From contig JBHPFV010000002.1 in NCBI GenBank assembly GCA_042571705.1, positions 46,822 through 110,821 of the forward strand: a DNA stretch of 64,000 bases. The letters run 5' to 3'. A program made the position numbers and the translations under genes. This document shows positions 18,432 through 28,381 of this stretch, piece by piece; positions within the stretch are counted from its first letter, which is position 1, and every line of letters begins with the position of its first letter. The notes beneath the pieces were generated by a model. That model made no database searches and was not told the origin of the DNA. It saw nothing but the letters and a program-made list of their open reading frames with translations. This stretch comes from Candidatus Omnitrophota bacterium (GTDB lineage Bacteria > Omnitrophota > Gorgyraeia > JAFGHF01).

Positions 18432-21028
18432 TCCATATTTAACCAGTCTGGCCCGGTTTTAATCGCTACCTTGACCGGGACTTTTAATTTGATTACGTTC
18501 TCCATCTTGCTCGCAATCAACTCTTTAGCCAGATCCCGTTCCTCAGGCGGCAAAGAGAAGACTAGCTCATCGTGAACCTGAATAATCATTTTAGTTCCGG
18601 GGCATTGCTCTTTTAAGCTGCGATAGATTTCTATCATCGCCGCTTTAATCAAGTCGCTGGCTGAGCCTTGCACCGGGGCATTAATCGCCACCCGTTGAGC
18701 AAACTGGCGCACGTTCTCCTGCCGGCTTTTGATCTCAGGGATATAACGCCGGCGATTTAAAAGCGTAGTCACAAACCCGTTGCGCTGTGCCTTTTCAATC
18801 TGCCGCTGGATAAAGCTTTTCACTCCCGGATAGCGGTTAAAGTAGGACTCGATAAATTCCTGGGCCTGGGCTTGGTTAATCTTTAGGTCCCGGGCCAAGC
18901 CGAAAGCGCTGATGCCATAGATAATGCCAAAGTTAACCGTCTTGGCGGTATCGCGCATTTTTCGCGAGATCTCTTCTTGGGCCTGGCCAAAGATTAAAGA
19001 AGCCGTAAAGGCATGGATGTCTCGGTCTTGATTAAAAGCGCTGATTAGATTCTTATCTCCAGACAAATGGGCCAGGATTCTTAGTTCAATCTGCGAATAA
19101 TCTGCGGATAAAAGTAGATCGCCTTTTTGGCCGGGAATAAAGATTTGCCTGATGCTGGCGCCTAACGCAGTCTTAATCGGAATATTTTGTAAATTGGGAC
19201 CGCGCGAAGAAAGCCTTCCGGTAGCCGTGCCGGTTTGATTAAAAGAGGTGTGAATCCGGCCTGTGCGCGGATGCAAAAGCTTAAGCATCCCGTCAAGATA
19301 CGTAGATTTTAACTTCGAAATTTCTCTGAATTCCAAAAGTTGATCAGCAATCGGGTGCATCGCGCTAAGTTTCTTGAGTACTTCGGTATCGGTAGAAGCC
19401 CCGGTTTTGGTGCGTTTAATTTTAGGTAATTGTAATTTTTCAAACAGGACTACGCTCAATTGCTTAGGTGAATTAATATTGAACTCGGTTTCAGCCAGCG
19501 CGTAGATTTCTTTAGTTAATTTTTTTATTTTCTGATCAAACTTCTGCGCGGTTTGTAACAGCAGTTGTTTATCTAAGCAGACTCCCTGCTGCTCCATTTC
19601 CGCTAACACCGCAACTAAAGGAACTTCAGTATCCTTAAACAAAGCAAGCAGATTATTTTGCTTTAACTGCTGCTTAAGTATTTTACTCAATTTTAAGATG
19701 ATCGCAGCCAATTGCGGATTAAATCCGTCTGAGGATTGTTCCAGCCTGCGGTTAAGATACTCTAAGGCCAACTCACCCAAGCTATATGTTAATTTAGCGG
19801 GATTTAGTAAATAGGCGGCTAACATAGTGTCGAAGTCTATACCCCCAAGAGTAATGCCGTAGTTAGATAAGATTACCTTGGCGTATTTTAAATTATGCCC
19901 GATCTTTTGCACTGCAGCGCTTTCTAAAATTGGCTTAACTTTGGTAAAGAATGATTTTTGCGGCGTGAAACCAACGATCTCATTTTTTCCAAAAGCAAAG
20001 GCTATTCCGGTTATTTTAGCCAGCATCGGATTGGCTTGATCTGTCCCGAGATATAACCCTAAGCAATCACAGCGAGCAATCTTTGCTAAATTTTCATCTA
20101 CTTCTTTTTCATCAGAAACAATCTTATAATCGATCTTTTCCTCAAAATCTTGGGCCACATTTTGCATTAAGCCCTTGAATTCTAATTCCTTGAATATGCT
20201 AAACAGCCTTCGCTGGTCAGCTTCAACAAGCTCCAATTGTTTAAGCAGGGCTTGGGGCGGCCTTTGAATTAAGTCCGGAACCCTTAACTCAAGCTGGGCC
20301 AATTCTTTACTCATTTGGGCCTGCTGACTAAATTGTTTAATCTTTGCCGAGCGCGACTTATTTTTTATTTCATCTACTTTGGCCAGTACCTGATCCAAAG
20401 AGCCGAATTGCCTAATTAGCTCAACCGCGGTAGCCTCCCCAATCCCGGGCACTCCGGGAATATGATCAGTCTGATCACCGGCTAAGGCCATGATGTCCAC
20501 AACCTGTTCTGGGGCTACCCCATATTTTTGCTTGACCCACTCCGGTCCTAAGATTGTATTATCTTTGTGCGGATTAATTATTTTGATTGAATCGCCGACA
20601 ATTTGCAGGATATCCTTATCTCCGGTCACGATAAACACATCTTGCTTAGGTCCGCAGAGCATCTTAGCCAAAGTAGCAATCACATCATCGGCCTCGTATC
20701 CTTGCTGCTCGAAAACAGAAATATGATAAGCGCCCAGGACCTTTTTGACCACCGGCAGCTGGATACTTAAGTCATCCGGCATGGGTTTGCGGTGGATCTT
20801 ATAGTCGGCATATCTTTGATGGCGAAAAGTAGGCCCTTTTAGATCGAAAGCCACCCCCAGGTACTCCGGCCGATGTTCGGCAATTAGCTTGTTGAGCATG
20901 GTGATGAAACCATAAACCGCGTTAGTCGGCATACCCTTAGAGGTAGCCAGCCCTTTAATAGCGTAAAATGCACGGTAACAGAAGGAATTACCGTCAATCA
21001 GAAAAACTTTTTTCTTCATGGAATCCAT
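18428..21028 (-). CDS. polA: DNA polymerase I
   Basis: 5'-nuclease N-terminus (LIDGNS..YRAFYA), central exo-like region, polymerase palm motifs (DYSQIELR, HDE). 866 aa. Confidence 0.95.
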   Translation of the reverse strand: MDSMKKKVFLIDGNSFCYRAFYAIKGLATSKGMPTNAVYGFITMLNKLIAEHRPEYLGVAFDLKGPTFRHQRYADYKIHRKPMPDDLSIQLPVVKKVLGAYHISVFEQQGYEADDVIATLAKMLCGPKQDVFIVTGDKDILQIVGDSIKIINPHKDNTILGPEWVKQKYGVAPEQVVDIMALAGDQTDHIPGVPGIGEATAVELIRQFGSLDQVLAKVDEIKNKSRSAKIKQFSQQAQMSKELAQLELRVPDLIQRPPQALLKQLELVEADQRRLFSIFKELEFKGLMQNVAQDFEEKIDYKIVSDEKEVDENLAKIARCDCLGLYLGTDQANPMLAKITGIAFAFGKNEIVGFTPQKSFFTKVKPILESAAVQKIGHNLKYAKVILSNYGITLGGIDFDTMLAAYLLNPAKLTYSLGELALEYLNRRLEQSSDGFNPQLAAIILKLSKILKQQLKQNNLLALFKDTEVPLVAVLAEMEQQGVCLDKQLLLQTAQKFDQKIKKLTKEIYALAETEFNINSPKQLSVVLFEKLQLPKIKRTKTGASTDTEVLKKLSAMHPIADQLLEFREISKLKSTYLDGMLKLLHPRTGRIHTSFNQTGTATGRLSSRGPNLQNIPIKTALGASIRQIFIPGQKGDLLLSADYSQIELRILAHLSGDKNLISAFNQDRDIHAFTASLIFGQAQEEISRKMRDTAKTVNFGIIYGISAFGLARDLKINQAQAQEFIESYFNRYPGVKSFIQRQIEKAQRNGFVTTLLNRRRYIPEIKSRQENVRQFAQRVAINAPVQGSASDLIKAAMIEIYRSLKEQCPGTKMIIQVHDELVFSLPPEERDLAKELIASKMENVIKLKVPVKVAIKTGPDWLNME

Positions 21029-21051
21029 TATTAGGAATTGCGACTGAGGGG

Positions 21052-21735
21052 TTATTCAGTGAAAGGCAACGTATCGATCATCTTCTGGAAATACTCGGAT
21101 GTCTTTTGAAAATCTCCGGCACGGTAAAACTGCATCCCTTCGATGTAATAATCCTGAATCAACTCTTCCTTGGTTTTATATCTTCTGGTCCCCAAGATTT
21201 GATCAAAGGCCTGGGTTTCTTTATCTTGGGCTAATTTTCGGGAGAGGTCTTTGGCCTCTTCCTCTTCCAGTTCATCCGGAGCAAATTGTTTTAATTTTAG
21301 GCGTGCTTTAATCCGTCCGGGATCGGTTGGCGCACCCAGACGCAACCTTTGTTTCCAATAATATACTGCTTTATCGAACCGACCCTGCCTTTGATAAAAA
21401 AGACCTAAATTGTAATGCGCCGGGGCATATTTCTGATTAGCCTCGATAGCCTGTAAATATTGCTGTTCAGCCTGTTCAAACTGGCCCGTCTTTTCGTAAC
21501 ATATTGCCAGGCCGTTATATGCGGCTGCATTAGCAGAGTCTATTCCGATTGCCTTTTTATAAAATTGGATGGCCTGCTTAAGCTGACCTTGCTCTTGAGC
21601 TTGTTCAGCTTTAAAGCGATATTCTTCGGCCTGTTGAATCAAATACGCCCAGCTAATATCGCTTCTAGAAAAAATCGTGATAAACGAGAAAAGGATCGCA
21701 AAAAGCAGGACCTTTACGGAAGGGCTTTTCTTCAT
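21052..21735 (-). CDS. Secreted TPR-repeat protein
   Basis: N-terminal signal peptide and repeated AxxYxxLGxxYxxxGxxxxA TPR units. Confidence 0.6.
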   Translation of the reverse strand: MKKSPSVKVLLFAILFSFITIFSRSDISWAYLIQQAEEYRFKAEQAQEQGQLKQAIQFYKKAIGIDSANAAAYNGLAICYEKTGQFEQAEQQYLQAIEANQKYAPAHYNLGLFYQRQGRFDKAVYYWKQRLRLGAPTDPGRIKARLKLKQFAPDELEEEEAKDLSRKLAQDKETQAFDQILGTRRYKTKEELIQDYYIEGMQFYRAGDFQKTSEYFQKMIDTLPFTE

Positions 21736-21779
21736 TAACTTGTCTTAACATACCATAAAATAAGGACTCAGGTCAAGAA

Positions 21780-22598
21780 CTATTTTGACAGCCTTTCCCA
21801 GGGAAGCAACGGCTCAACCGCGTAGCCCGCTAACCCAATCTCCTGCCTCAATAAGCTCATTCGGTCCTCTGGATCAGGGTGACTAGATAAGAATTTTAAA
21901 AAATGCGGCAGCTCCCTTTTTTCCTCTAAACGCTCTAAAAAATCCAGGGCTCCTCCCACGTGTCCGTATTTATGGTGCAAAAGCTTCAAGGCGAAGCTGT
22001 CTGCTGCCGCTTCTTGCTGCCGGGAAAATCTAAGATCAGCAGTCAATAATGTCCGCTGAGTAAAATCGGCTATTGCGCTATCGGCGCCGAAAACAATACC
22101 GGAAATAAATACCAGCACTAATCCCCGGCCTAAACCGCGCAAATGGTCGCGCTGGGCAAAATGACCCAACTCATGCGCTAAGACCATCGCCAATTCATTC
22201 TCTGAATTGACCTCCTCAAGCAAGCCGGAAAACACTAAAATATAATTTCCGGGTATGGCCAGGGCATTGATATCCGGACTTTGATGAATCCGCACAGTAA
22301 ACCGAGTTGAATCGTCCGGATAATACTGGGTCAGCTCGTCCAAAAGCAACTGGAGTTTTGATTGTTCCGGATCCGGCTCCTCACTTTGCAGTCGATAGAC
22401 GCCGGCAAACACTCCGCCGGCGGCCTGCTCGAGCTTCTCGGGCATCCTGGCAATCAAGACATCCAAGGCCTGGCCTAAAACAATGTAGACTACTAGAACA
22501 ACGCCCAGAATCCCGGTTAGCAAAACAAACAATTCCCGTAACGGAGAACTGCGCGAAACATTGACATTCTCTTTTATAATTTTAGGCGTAAATCTCAT
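21780..22598 (-). CDS. M48-family zinc metallopeptidase, membrane-anchored
   Basis: N-terminal TM helix, HELGH zinc motif, downstream glutamate. Confidence 0.75.
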   Translation of the reverse strand: MRFTPKIIKENVNVSRSSPLRELFVLLTGILGVVLVVYIVLGQALDVLIARMPEKLEQAAGGVFAGVYRLQSEEPDPEQSKLQLLLDELTQYYPDDSTRFTVRIHQSPDINALAIPGNYILVFSGLLEEVNSENELAMVLAHELGHFAQRDHLRGLGRGLVLVFISGIVFGADSAIADFTQRTLLTADLRFSRQQEAAADSFALKLLHHKYGHVGGALDFLERLEEKRELPHFLKFLSSHPDPEDRMSLLRQEIGLAGYAVEPLLPWERLSK

Positions 22599-22599
22599 T

Positions 22600-23070
22600 T
22601 TACCATTTTCGATTTAACTTCACAGCTGTTCCGTAAGCCAAAATCTCAAAACAACCCACGCTGTCCTTCTTTTTTGATACTGTGCCAATCCCGGAAGTCT
22701 CAAAACGCATGTTAATTATCATATCCGCGCCCTGATTCTTGGCCGCTTGCTTCATCCGTAAGATTGCCTCTCTTCTACCCCGATCAAGTAGAGTCTCATA
22801 GGATTTAATTCTGCCCCCGACAATCTTGCGTAAGCCGGCCAGGAAGCGTTTAAAATAGTCAAGGGAGATAACTACCGAACCAGTTACCAATCTGCTCTGC
22901 GCGATCAGGCCTTTGTCTTCAATATCTTTACTAGTTACTACGGGCATTCTAATGAATTCCATCTCTTTTGTCTCCAGCTGCTGATAATGGGCTCGCTCGA
23001 TCATGTTCCCGGCAAAATATCCCAGACTGATAAAAAAGAGAAAATATATAAAATAACCCAAACTCTCCAT
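22600..23070 (-). CDS. YbjQ/UPF0145 (heavy-metal-binding-like) domain protein with N-terminal TM helix
   Basis: TM segment followed by a YbjQ-type core (..GxxVxxxR..GG..xxY..LL...R..A...M...A...GA.AVIGVRF..). Confidence 0.7.
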   Translation of the reverse strand: MESLGYFIYFLFFISLGYFAGNMIERAHYQQLETKEMEFIRMPVVTSKDIEDKGLIAQSRLVTGSVVISLDYFKRFLAGLRKIVGGRIKSYETLLDRGRREAILRMKQAAKNQGADMIINMRFETSGIGTVSKKKDSVGCFEILAYGTAVKLNRKW

Positions 23071-23090
23071 TAGTCTTAGACTCCTTAGTT

Positions 23091-23405
23091 TTAGGCGACT
23101 TTGACCGCGGTACCGTAAGCCATCAGTTCGGCAGCACCTTGTGTAATAGCGGCAGTAGCAAAGCGGACATTAATCACGGCATTAGCGCCCATCATCTCGG
23201 CCTGTTTGTTCATCCGCTCCAGGGCCTCAGCCCGGGCCTCTTCTAAAAGCTTTGTATATCCCCGCAATTCTCCCCCGACAAGATTCTTCAGTCCCGCGGC
23301 AATGTCAGCCCCGGCGTGCCTGGCCCGCACGGTGCTGCCCTGGACTACGCCAAAATGCTCGATTATCTTTTTCTCCGGCACAGAGTCAATGTTAGTGACT
23401 ATCAT
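23091..23405 (-). CDS. YbjQ/UPF0145 family protein (soluble paralog)
   Basis: 104 aa. IVTN...GVVQGSTVRARH.G.D..AGLKNLVGGE...Y..LL...R..A..RM...A...GANAVINVRF canonical pattern. Confidence 0.75.
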   Translation of the reverse strand: MIVTNIDSVPEKKIIEHFGVVQGSTVRARHAGADIAAGLKNLVGGELRGYTKLLEEARAEALERMNKQAEMMGANAVINVRFATAAITQGAAELMAYGTAVKVA

Positions 23406-23441
23406 TCTTCACCCCCTCCCCCTTTTCGGTGTTGCTGGTGG

Positions 23442-24998
23442 CTACCTTTTCTTTAAATGCGCTGAGAAGAAGCCCCCGGTTAAAGCATCGATATTGGCTG
23501 TTAATTCTGCCAGCCTTAATGCGCGACCTAAGGCTTCTAGATCAGCTTGTGGTGATTTTCGGACCAACTCACTCTTCAGCTTGAGTCTGGCGTAATATAA
23601 TCTAGTAATCTCATTAAGAATGTCATCACGCAATTGAATCATTAAACGGGCATTGCTATCAATCAGCCTGACCTGTTCATTGAACACTAAATCGCCGATA
23701 TCCCAGGAAAATGAGAACCCCCAGTCGTAAGGACCGATATAATATCTATCCGAGCCGCTATCGTAAGTTACAGTCTTATCATAATCTATGTCGAAGTCCG
23801 GAAGCAGCGCCTTAAGCTTTGCGTTGCGGCGTAAAGTTTTAATTCTTTCCGGGCGGACCACTTCGGCATACCTTAAAGCCGCTTGTTGCACTTGTTGAAT
23901 CGTTGGTTCGCCTGGCGCGATCTCTGCCAGCAGGCGCTTAATTGGCTCCGGTTCAGCCAATTTTTGCCTTTGGGGCTGCTTAATTTTTAATACGCCGCTG
24001 TTTGTGGCCGCAAATAACTGCTGGCTCTGGCGCAGAATAGCCAAACTATGGGCCTGAAACGCCTTGTTTCCCTGATAAATTTGCACCCAGTGATCCGGCT
24101 CAGGGGAAAATCCATATACACCGTCAGACCCGGCTGCGTATAAGGTGTAATTTAAGTTTTCAGCCAAAATGATGTAGTTAATATAATCATCCCTTAGACC
24201 TGAGTCAGAGAGCTTTTGCCAGGACTCCCCCTGGTCTAAAGATGAATAGACACCGCGGCCTGTTGCTATAAAAACTGAATTAAGCTCTTGGCTATCGATA
24301 GCTATGGAGTTAATTAATCCCTGATTCTCGTTAGCCAGCTCAGGATCTTCTTCTGTATCCTCAGCGGCGCGGAAGCTAGTCAGGTATAATCTTTGCCAAG
24401 TTTTTCCATAATCTTTTGATCGGTACAGGCCGTAGCTGTTAGCTAAATATAAGATCTGAGGATCAAGCGGGTGGACAACAATAGTTCTTACTCCCGCTTC
24501 GGGTAAGCCGCGATTAAGTTTAGTCCAGCTGAGCCCCAAATCATAAGAGGCGTATAAGCCGTTAGCGGTTCCAACATAGAGGGCTTTTTGGTCAGTAAAA
24601 TCATAGGCAATCCAATTAACAAGATTGGCCGATTCGTTTGGCCGGCTAAAGATTTTACGCCAGCTGGCGCCCTGATCCGCGGTGGCGTAAACCCCTTTTG
24701 ATGTAGCCAGGTAAATTGTTTTGGGACCGTCCGGGCTGAAGGAGATAAAATTAATTTTTCCGGTTTGGGCCCTTAAAGAAAAAATCTCATCCCAAACCTG
24801 ACCTTGATTATGCGACAAATACGCAGCTGTAGCGCTGGCGGCGCAGATCAACTCACTATTCCCGGGGCAAATCGAGATCGAGACAATATCGGCGTTGGTT
24901 AACCCGGTATTTAGTGACTGCCACTGGCTCTGCGCGGATACAGCCGGGGCCAAGAAAAACAACATCAAAACAACAATTAAACAAATATCCCTATTCAT
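23442..24998 (-). CDS. Exported BNR/Asp-box repeat beta-propeller protein with a C-terminal non-propeller extension
   Basis: Signal peptide. At least five S/DxGxxW Asp-box motifs (DQGASWRKI, DLGLSWTKL, DYGKTWQRL, DQGESWQKL, NQGQVWDEI). Confidence 0.6.
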   Translation of the reverse strand: MNRDICLIVVLMLFFLAPAVSAQSQWQSLNTGLTNADIVSISICPGNSELICAASATAAYLSHNQGQVWDEIFSLRAQTGKINFISFSPDGPKTIYLATSKGVYATADQGASWRKIFSRPNESANLVNWIAYDFTDQKALYVGTANGLYASYDLGLSWTKLNRGLPEAGVRTIVVHPLDPQILYLANSYGLYRSKDYGKTWQRLYLTSFRAAEDTEEDPELANENQGLINSIAIDSQELNSVFIATGRGVYSSLDQGESWQKLSDSGLRDDYINYIILAENLNYTLYAAGSDGVYGFSPEPDHWVQIYQGNKAFQAHSLAILRQSQQLFAATNSGVLKIKQPQRQKLAEPEPIKRLLAEIAPGEPTIQQVQQAALRYAEVVRPERIKTLRRNAKLKALLPDFDIDYDKTVTYDSGSDRYYIGPYDWGFSFSWDIGDLVFNEQVRLIDSNARLMIQLRDDILNEITRLYYARLKLKSELVRKSPQADLEALGRALRLAELTANIDALTGGFFSAHLKKR

Positions 24999-25078
24999 TT
25001 GCCTTCCCCCAAAATCTGTCTATGGCATCGCTTAACATCAGTTATCCTCGGCCCGCATAATCAAATCAGCAACTACCA

Positions 25079-25405
25079 TTAAATCTTTTGCCTCACCTCC
25101 TTAATCTTTTTTTCTTGCCAAAATTCCGTGGCCTTTCTGGACTCAAAGTAAATTTTCGAAAGCAGGCTATGAAATTGCGCCAGAGTCATATTCCCCGCAA
25201 TTTGCCGCTTGTTGATTACTCTTTTAAGTACCTGATCATTTATTTTGGTTCTGTACTTAGGAAAAGCCAAACGCGTGGCATAGATAATATCTAAACAGAG
25301 CGCCATTCTGATCATCTCCGAGAAACTAACGTCATATTTCTTAGCCACTAACTTATAGTGATCGGCCTGCCAATCATTCAAAAGTATCTGATATCTTCCC
25401 AACAT
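25079..25405 (-). CDS. Small hypothetical protein with a possible ribbon-helix-helix (CopG/Arc-like) N-terminus
   Basis: RYQILLNDWQADHYKLVAKKYDVSFSEMIRMAL has a beta-strand / helix / helix layout. Weak call. Confidence 0.3.
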   Translation of the reverse strand: MLGRYQILLNDWQADHYKLVAKKYDVSFSEMIRMALCLDIIYATRLAFPKYRTKINDQVLKRVINKRQIAGNMTLAQFHSLLSKIYFESRKATEFWQEKKIKEVRQKI

Positions 25406-25421
25406 CCTTGATCCCTCCTGG

Positions 25422-25967
25422 TTATTTGATTTTTTCTATTAGTTTTAACTTTTCTCGGCGCACAATTTCCGCGGTCCGCTTTTCCTCGATGCGTAAAGAA
25501 CTGAGTGAGTTAGTCTGGATATATCGTAAGTCAACGTTAGCTATCTCACCGCTCCAGTAAAACCTAACCCAATCTTGTTCGTGCTGTTGCAGATGCGTCT
25601 GGCCGAATTCTTCGACTAAACCCTTTTTTAGATACTTAAAATTTGCCTCGCCCTTGCTGTAAATGGTTACGGCATAGAATTTATTTTTCCAAAAATAATA
25701 GTCGATGTTCTCAACTTGGGCCTGGCCCAAATCCAGGCGCTCTTCCTTTTTTCGATACTTTATATCCCGCTTATCGATCTCAAAATTGAGATAGTTCAGT
25801 TCAGGCCAAAGTTGATGATAATCAGCGCCCCATTCATAACCTCTAAACCCTAAAGGTTCGGATCCGGGTTTAAATCTAAATTGAGGCTGTTCAGCTTTTT
25901 CTTGGGCGCAGCCAAAATTGAGCAACAAGCTCAAAACCAAAATAATCAGCGATATTTTACTGGACAT
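25422..25967 (-). CDS. Exported/lipoprotein-like hypothetical protein
   Basis: N-terminal hydrophobic signal ending in ..LLNFGC (lipobox-like Cys). Confidence 0.45.
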   Translation of the reverse strand: MSSKISLIILVLSLLLNFGCAQEKAEQPQFRFKPGSEPLGFRGYEWGADYHQLWPELNYLNFEIDKRDIKYRKKEERLDLGQAQVENIDYYFWKNKFYAVTIYSKGEANFKYLKKGLVEEFGQTHLQQHEQDWVRFYWSGEIANVDLRYIQTNSLSSLRIEEKRTAEIVRREKLKLIEKIK

Positions 25968-28381
25968 TATTTCAGTTCTTCAATTTTTTCCCGGGCCAAT
26001 TCCGCGGCCATGGTTTGCGGATATAAGTAACAGACTTTCAGGTATTCATCCAAGGCTTGGACCAAGTCGCCTTGATCCTGCCAGCTGCGGGCAATCGCAA
26101 ATTGTATTTGCGCATTAAGGTCTGCGCTGTCTGAGCCTAAGGCCTTGCTGAACGCCTGGATTGCCAGCGCGAACTGTTTTTGCCCCTGATAGATTTCACC
26201 TATTTTCTTATAGGCTAAATGACTAAATTCGCTCTCTGCGAATTCTGAGCTAATTTTTTTATAAACCTGCTCGGCCTGGCTAAAATCATTTTGGGAACCT
26301 AAGAGATCCCCTTGTAAAAGTAGCGCTTGAGCCCGCAGGTCACTATTAGGAAACTCGGTTTGAAAATTGTCCAAAACTTCTAAGGCCTGCTTGGGTTGTT
26401 GATTTTTGAAAAATATTTTTGCCTGCAAGAAACTAGCCTGATCACCCAATTGATGATAGGGAAAGTCCTCTTCAATGTTGTCGAGGTAAGTTAATGCTTG
26501 ATCAAATTGATTTTGCCGGTAATAGTGCTGGGCCAGCCAAAACATTACCTCAGCGGCTAATTCTGTTTGGGGATATAACTCTAAGAATCTCTCGAATTCC
26601 TTAATTGCCTTCTCCTGCTTACCAAGTTGATACAAACAAAATCCGCTCTGATAATGGGCCTTGATCTTTAACTTCTCTTCAGGGCTCCTAGCCTGTTTGA
26701 TTACTTTGCGGAATACATCTAAAGCCTGGGCATATTCGGCATTGTTGTAAAAGGTATAGGCCCGTAAAAACATGATCTGTGTTTTTAGCTGACTGGAGGC
26801 CAGCTCCAGGCTTAAGGAATCTAACTGTACTTTTGCTTTGTCTAGTTTGCCTAATCGAAAATAAGTCGCGGCTATTTGATAACGGGCCTGGTCTAAGAAT
26901 TTACTTTCTGGAAAGTTATTGATTAAGGTGTTGAAGGCCAATATCGCGCTGTCAAACTTGTTGTCTTTGGTTAAGGCTACTCCCAGTTGATACTGGGCGT
27001 AATCGGCATAATAGGAATTCGCAAAATCCGCTAAGACTGAGTCGTAATATTTTAAGGCCTGCTCAATATTGCCCTGCTCTAGATAAATATCGCCGATCCT
27101 GGTCAAGGCGCCACTTTGCAGAAAGCGGCCTTGAGCATCTTTAAATACCCGTTCAAATTGCTCGATAGCTTCAGCGTATTTTTTGCCCCGGGCATAGGAC
27201 CAGCCTAAATTATAGCGCAGGTGATCCAGCAGCTCAGTGGATAAGTCCTCTTGCTCGTGGATAGCTGAGATATCCTCAACTTGACTGTAGGCCGGCTTGC
27301 CGGGTTCGAATTTCTTAATCGCCTCTTCGTAGGTACGGCCGGCTTGCTCGAATTGTCCCAGCTCAAAAAGGGCATCGCCTTTCCAAAAGTAGGCGTCATC
27401 AGACCACGCTGAATGCGCAAAGTCACTAATCAATTGCTCATAGAGGTTGATTGCCTGTTCAAAATTATCTAAGTGGGCCTGGCACCGGGCCAAAGCAAAG
27501 ATTAAGGAATCGGCCAAAGCCGGACTGAAGTCAGGCGAGGCCTTTAGGCCCTCAAAAAACTGTTGGGCCTGTTCATACTCCTTTAACTTCAAATAGGCCC
27601 AACCAGTGCTATAGTTGGCATATCCGGCTACCTTGTCTTTGGGCGAAATTTCCACCGCTTGAGCGTAAAAATCAATAGCCTTTTTGAAATTACCCAAGAT
27701 GTATTCTATCTCACCCAAGAAATAAAACGCCGCATTCAGCCGTGTAGATTCAGAGAAATTTCTGGCAAACAATTTGAACTCTTTATAGGCCTGGGAATAA
27801 TTCTTGGAATTATAAAAACACTGGGCAATCCGAAAAGCGCTTTGCTCTTTCAGCTGGTGATTAGAAAACTTCTGATTGAATTCCCGGTAAAGTTCAAGGG
27901 CCCGGGTAAATTCACGGCGTTTATAATAACAAGAAGCCCGATAATAGCGGCTTTGCGGCAGAAATTCAGAATCCGGATAGCGCTCAATTAGGGCTTCAAA
28001 AGAATGCAGCGCGTTCTCATAATCATTAGCCCGAAAATAGGTTTGTGCTGTCCAGTAAATGATTTGCTCAGCCAGGCCTGCTTCTCTGCTGAGTTGGCTA
28101 AGCTCAGCGAATATTTGCAATGATTCGCTAAACTGCTCCAGATTCATCTGGCAACGGCCGATCAGAATATTGACTTCGTTTTTATTTTCAGCCTGGGGAT
28201 TTTCTTGTAAATATTGCTGAAAATGCTTCAAGGCAATTTCGAAAAATCCATCAGCAAAGGCTTTATTGGCCAAATATAAATCTTCTGAAGTTTGCTGTTC
28301 TGTTTGGGCAAAAAGCGCACTCGTGGGCATAGCCAATAAAAGTGCGGCCAACAACCCGATCCACGCTCTGGCCTTAAGCAT
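25967..28381 (-). CDS. Large secreted TPR-repeat protein (804 aa)
   Basis: Signal peptide followed by more than 15 degenerate TPR units (YbgF/BamD-like pattern). Confidence 0.7.
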   Translation of the reverse strand: MLKARAWIGLLAALLLAMPTSALFAQTEQQTSEDLYLANKAFADGFFEIALKHFQQYLQENPQAENKNEVNILIGRCQMNLEQFSESLQIFAELSQLSREAGLAEQIIYWTAQTYFRANDYENALHSFEALIERYPDSEFLPQSRYYRASCYYKRREFTRALELYREFNQKFSNHQLKEQSAFRIAQCFYNSKNYSQAYKEFKLFARNFSESTRLNAAFYFLGEIEYILGNFKKAIDFYAQAVEISPKDKVAGYANYSTGWAYLKLKEYEQAQQFFEGLKASPDFSPALADSLIFALARCQAHLDNFEQAINLYEQLISDFAHSAWSDDAYFWKGDALFELGQFEQAGRTYEEAIKKFEPGKPAYSQVEDISAIHEQEDLSTELLDHLRYNLGWSYARGKKYAEAIEQFERVFKDAQGRFLQSGALTRIGDIYLEQGNIEQALKYYDSVLADFANSYYADYAQYQLGVALTKDNKFDSAILAFNTLINNFPESKFLDQARYQIAATYFRLGKLDKAKVQLDSLSLELASSQLKTQIMFLRAYTFYNNAEYAQALDVFRKVIKQARSPEEKLKIKAHYQSGFCLYQLGKQEKAIKEFERFLELYPQTELAAEVMFWLAQHYYRQNQFDQALTYLDNIEEDFPYHQLGDQASFLQAKIFFKNQQPKQALEVLDNFQTEFPNSDLRAQALLLQGDLLGSQNDFSQAEQVYKKISSEFAESEFSHLAYKKIGEIYQGQKQFALAIQAFSKALGSDSADLNAQIQFAIARSWQDQGDLVQALDEYLKVCYLYPQTMAAELAREKIEELK

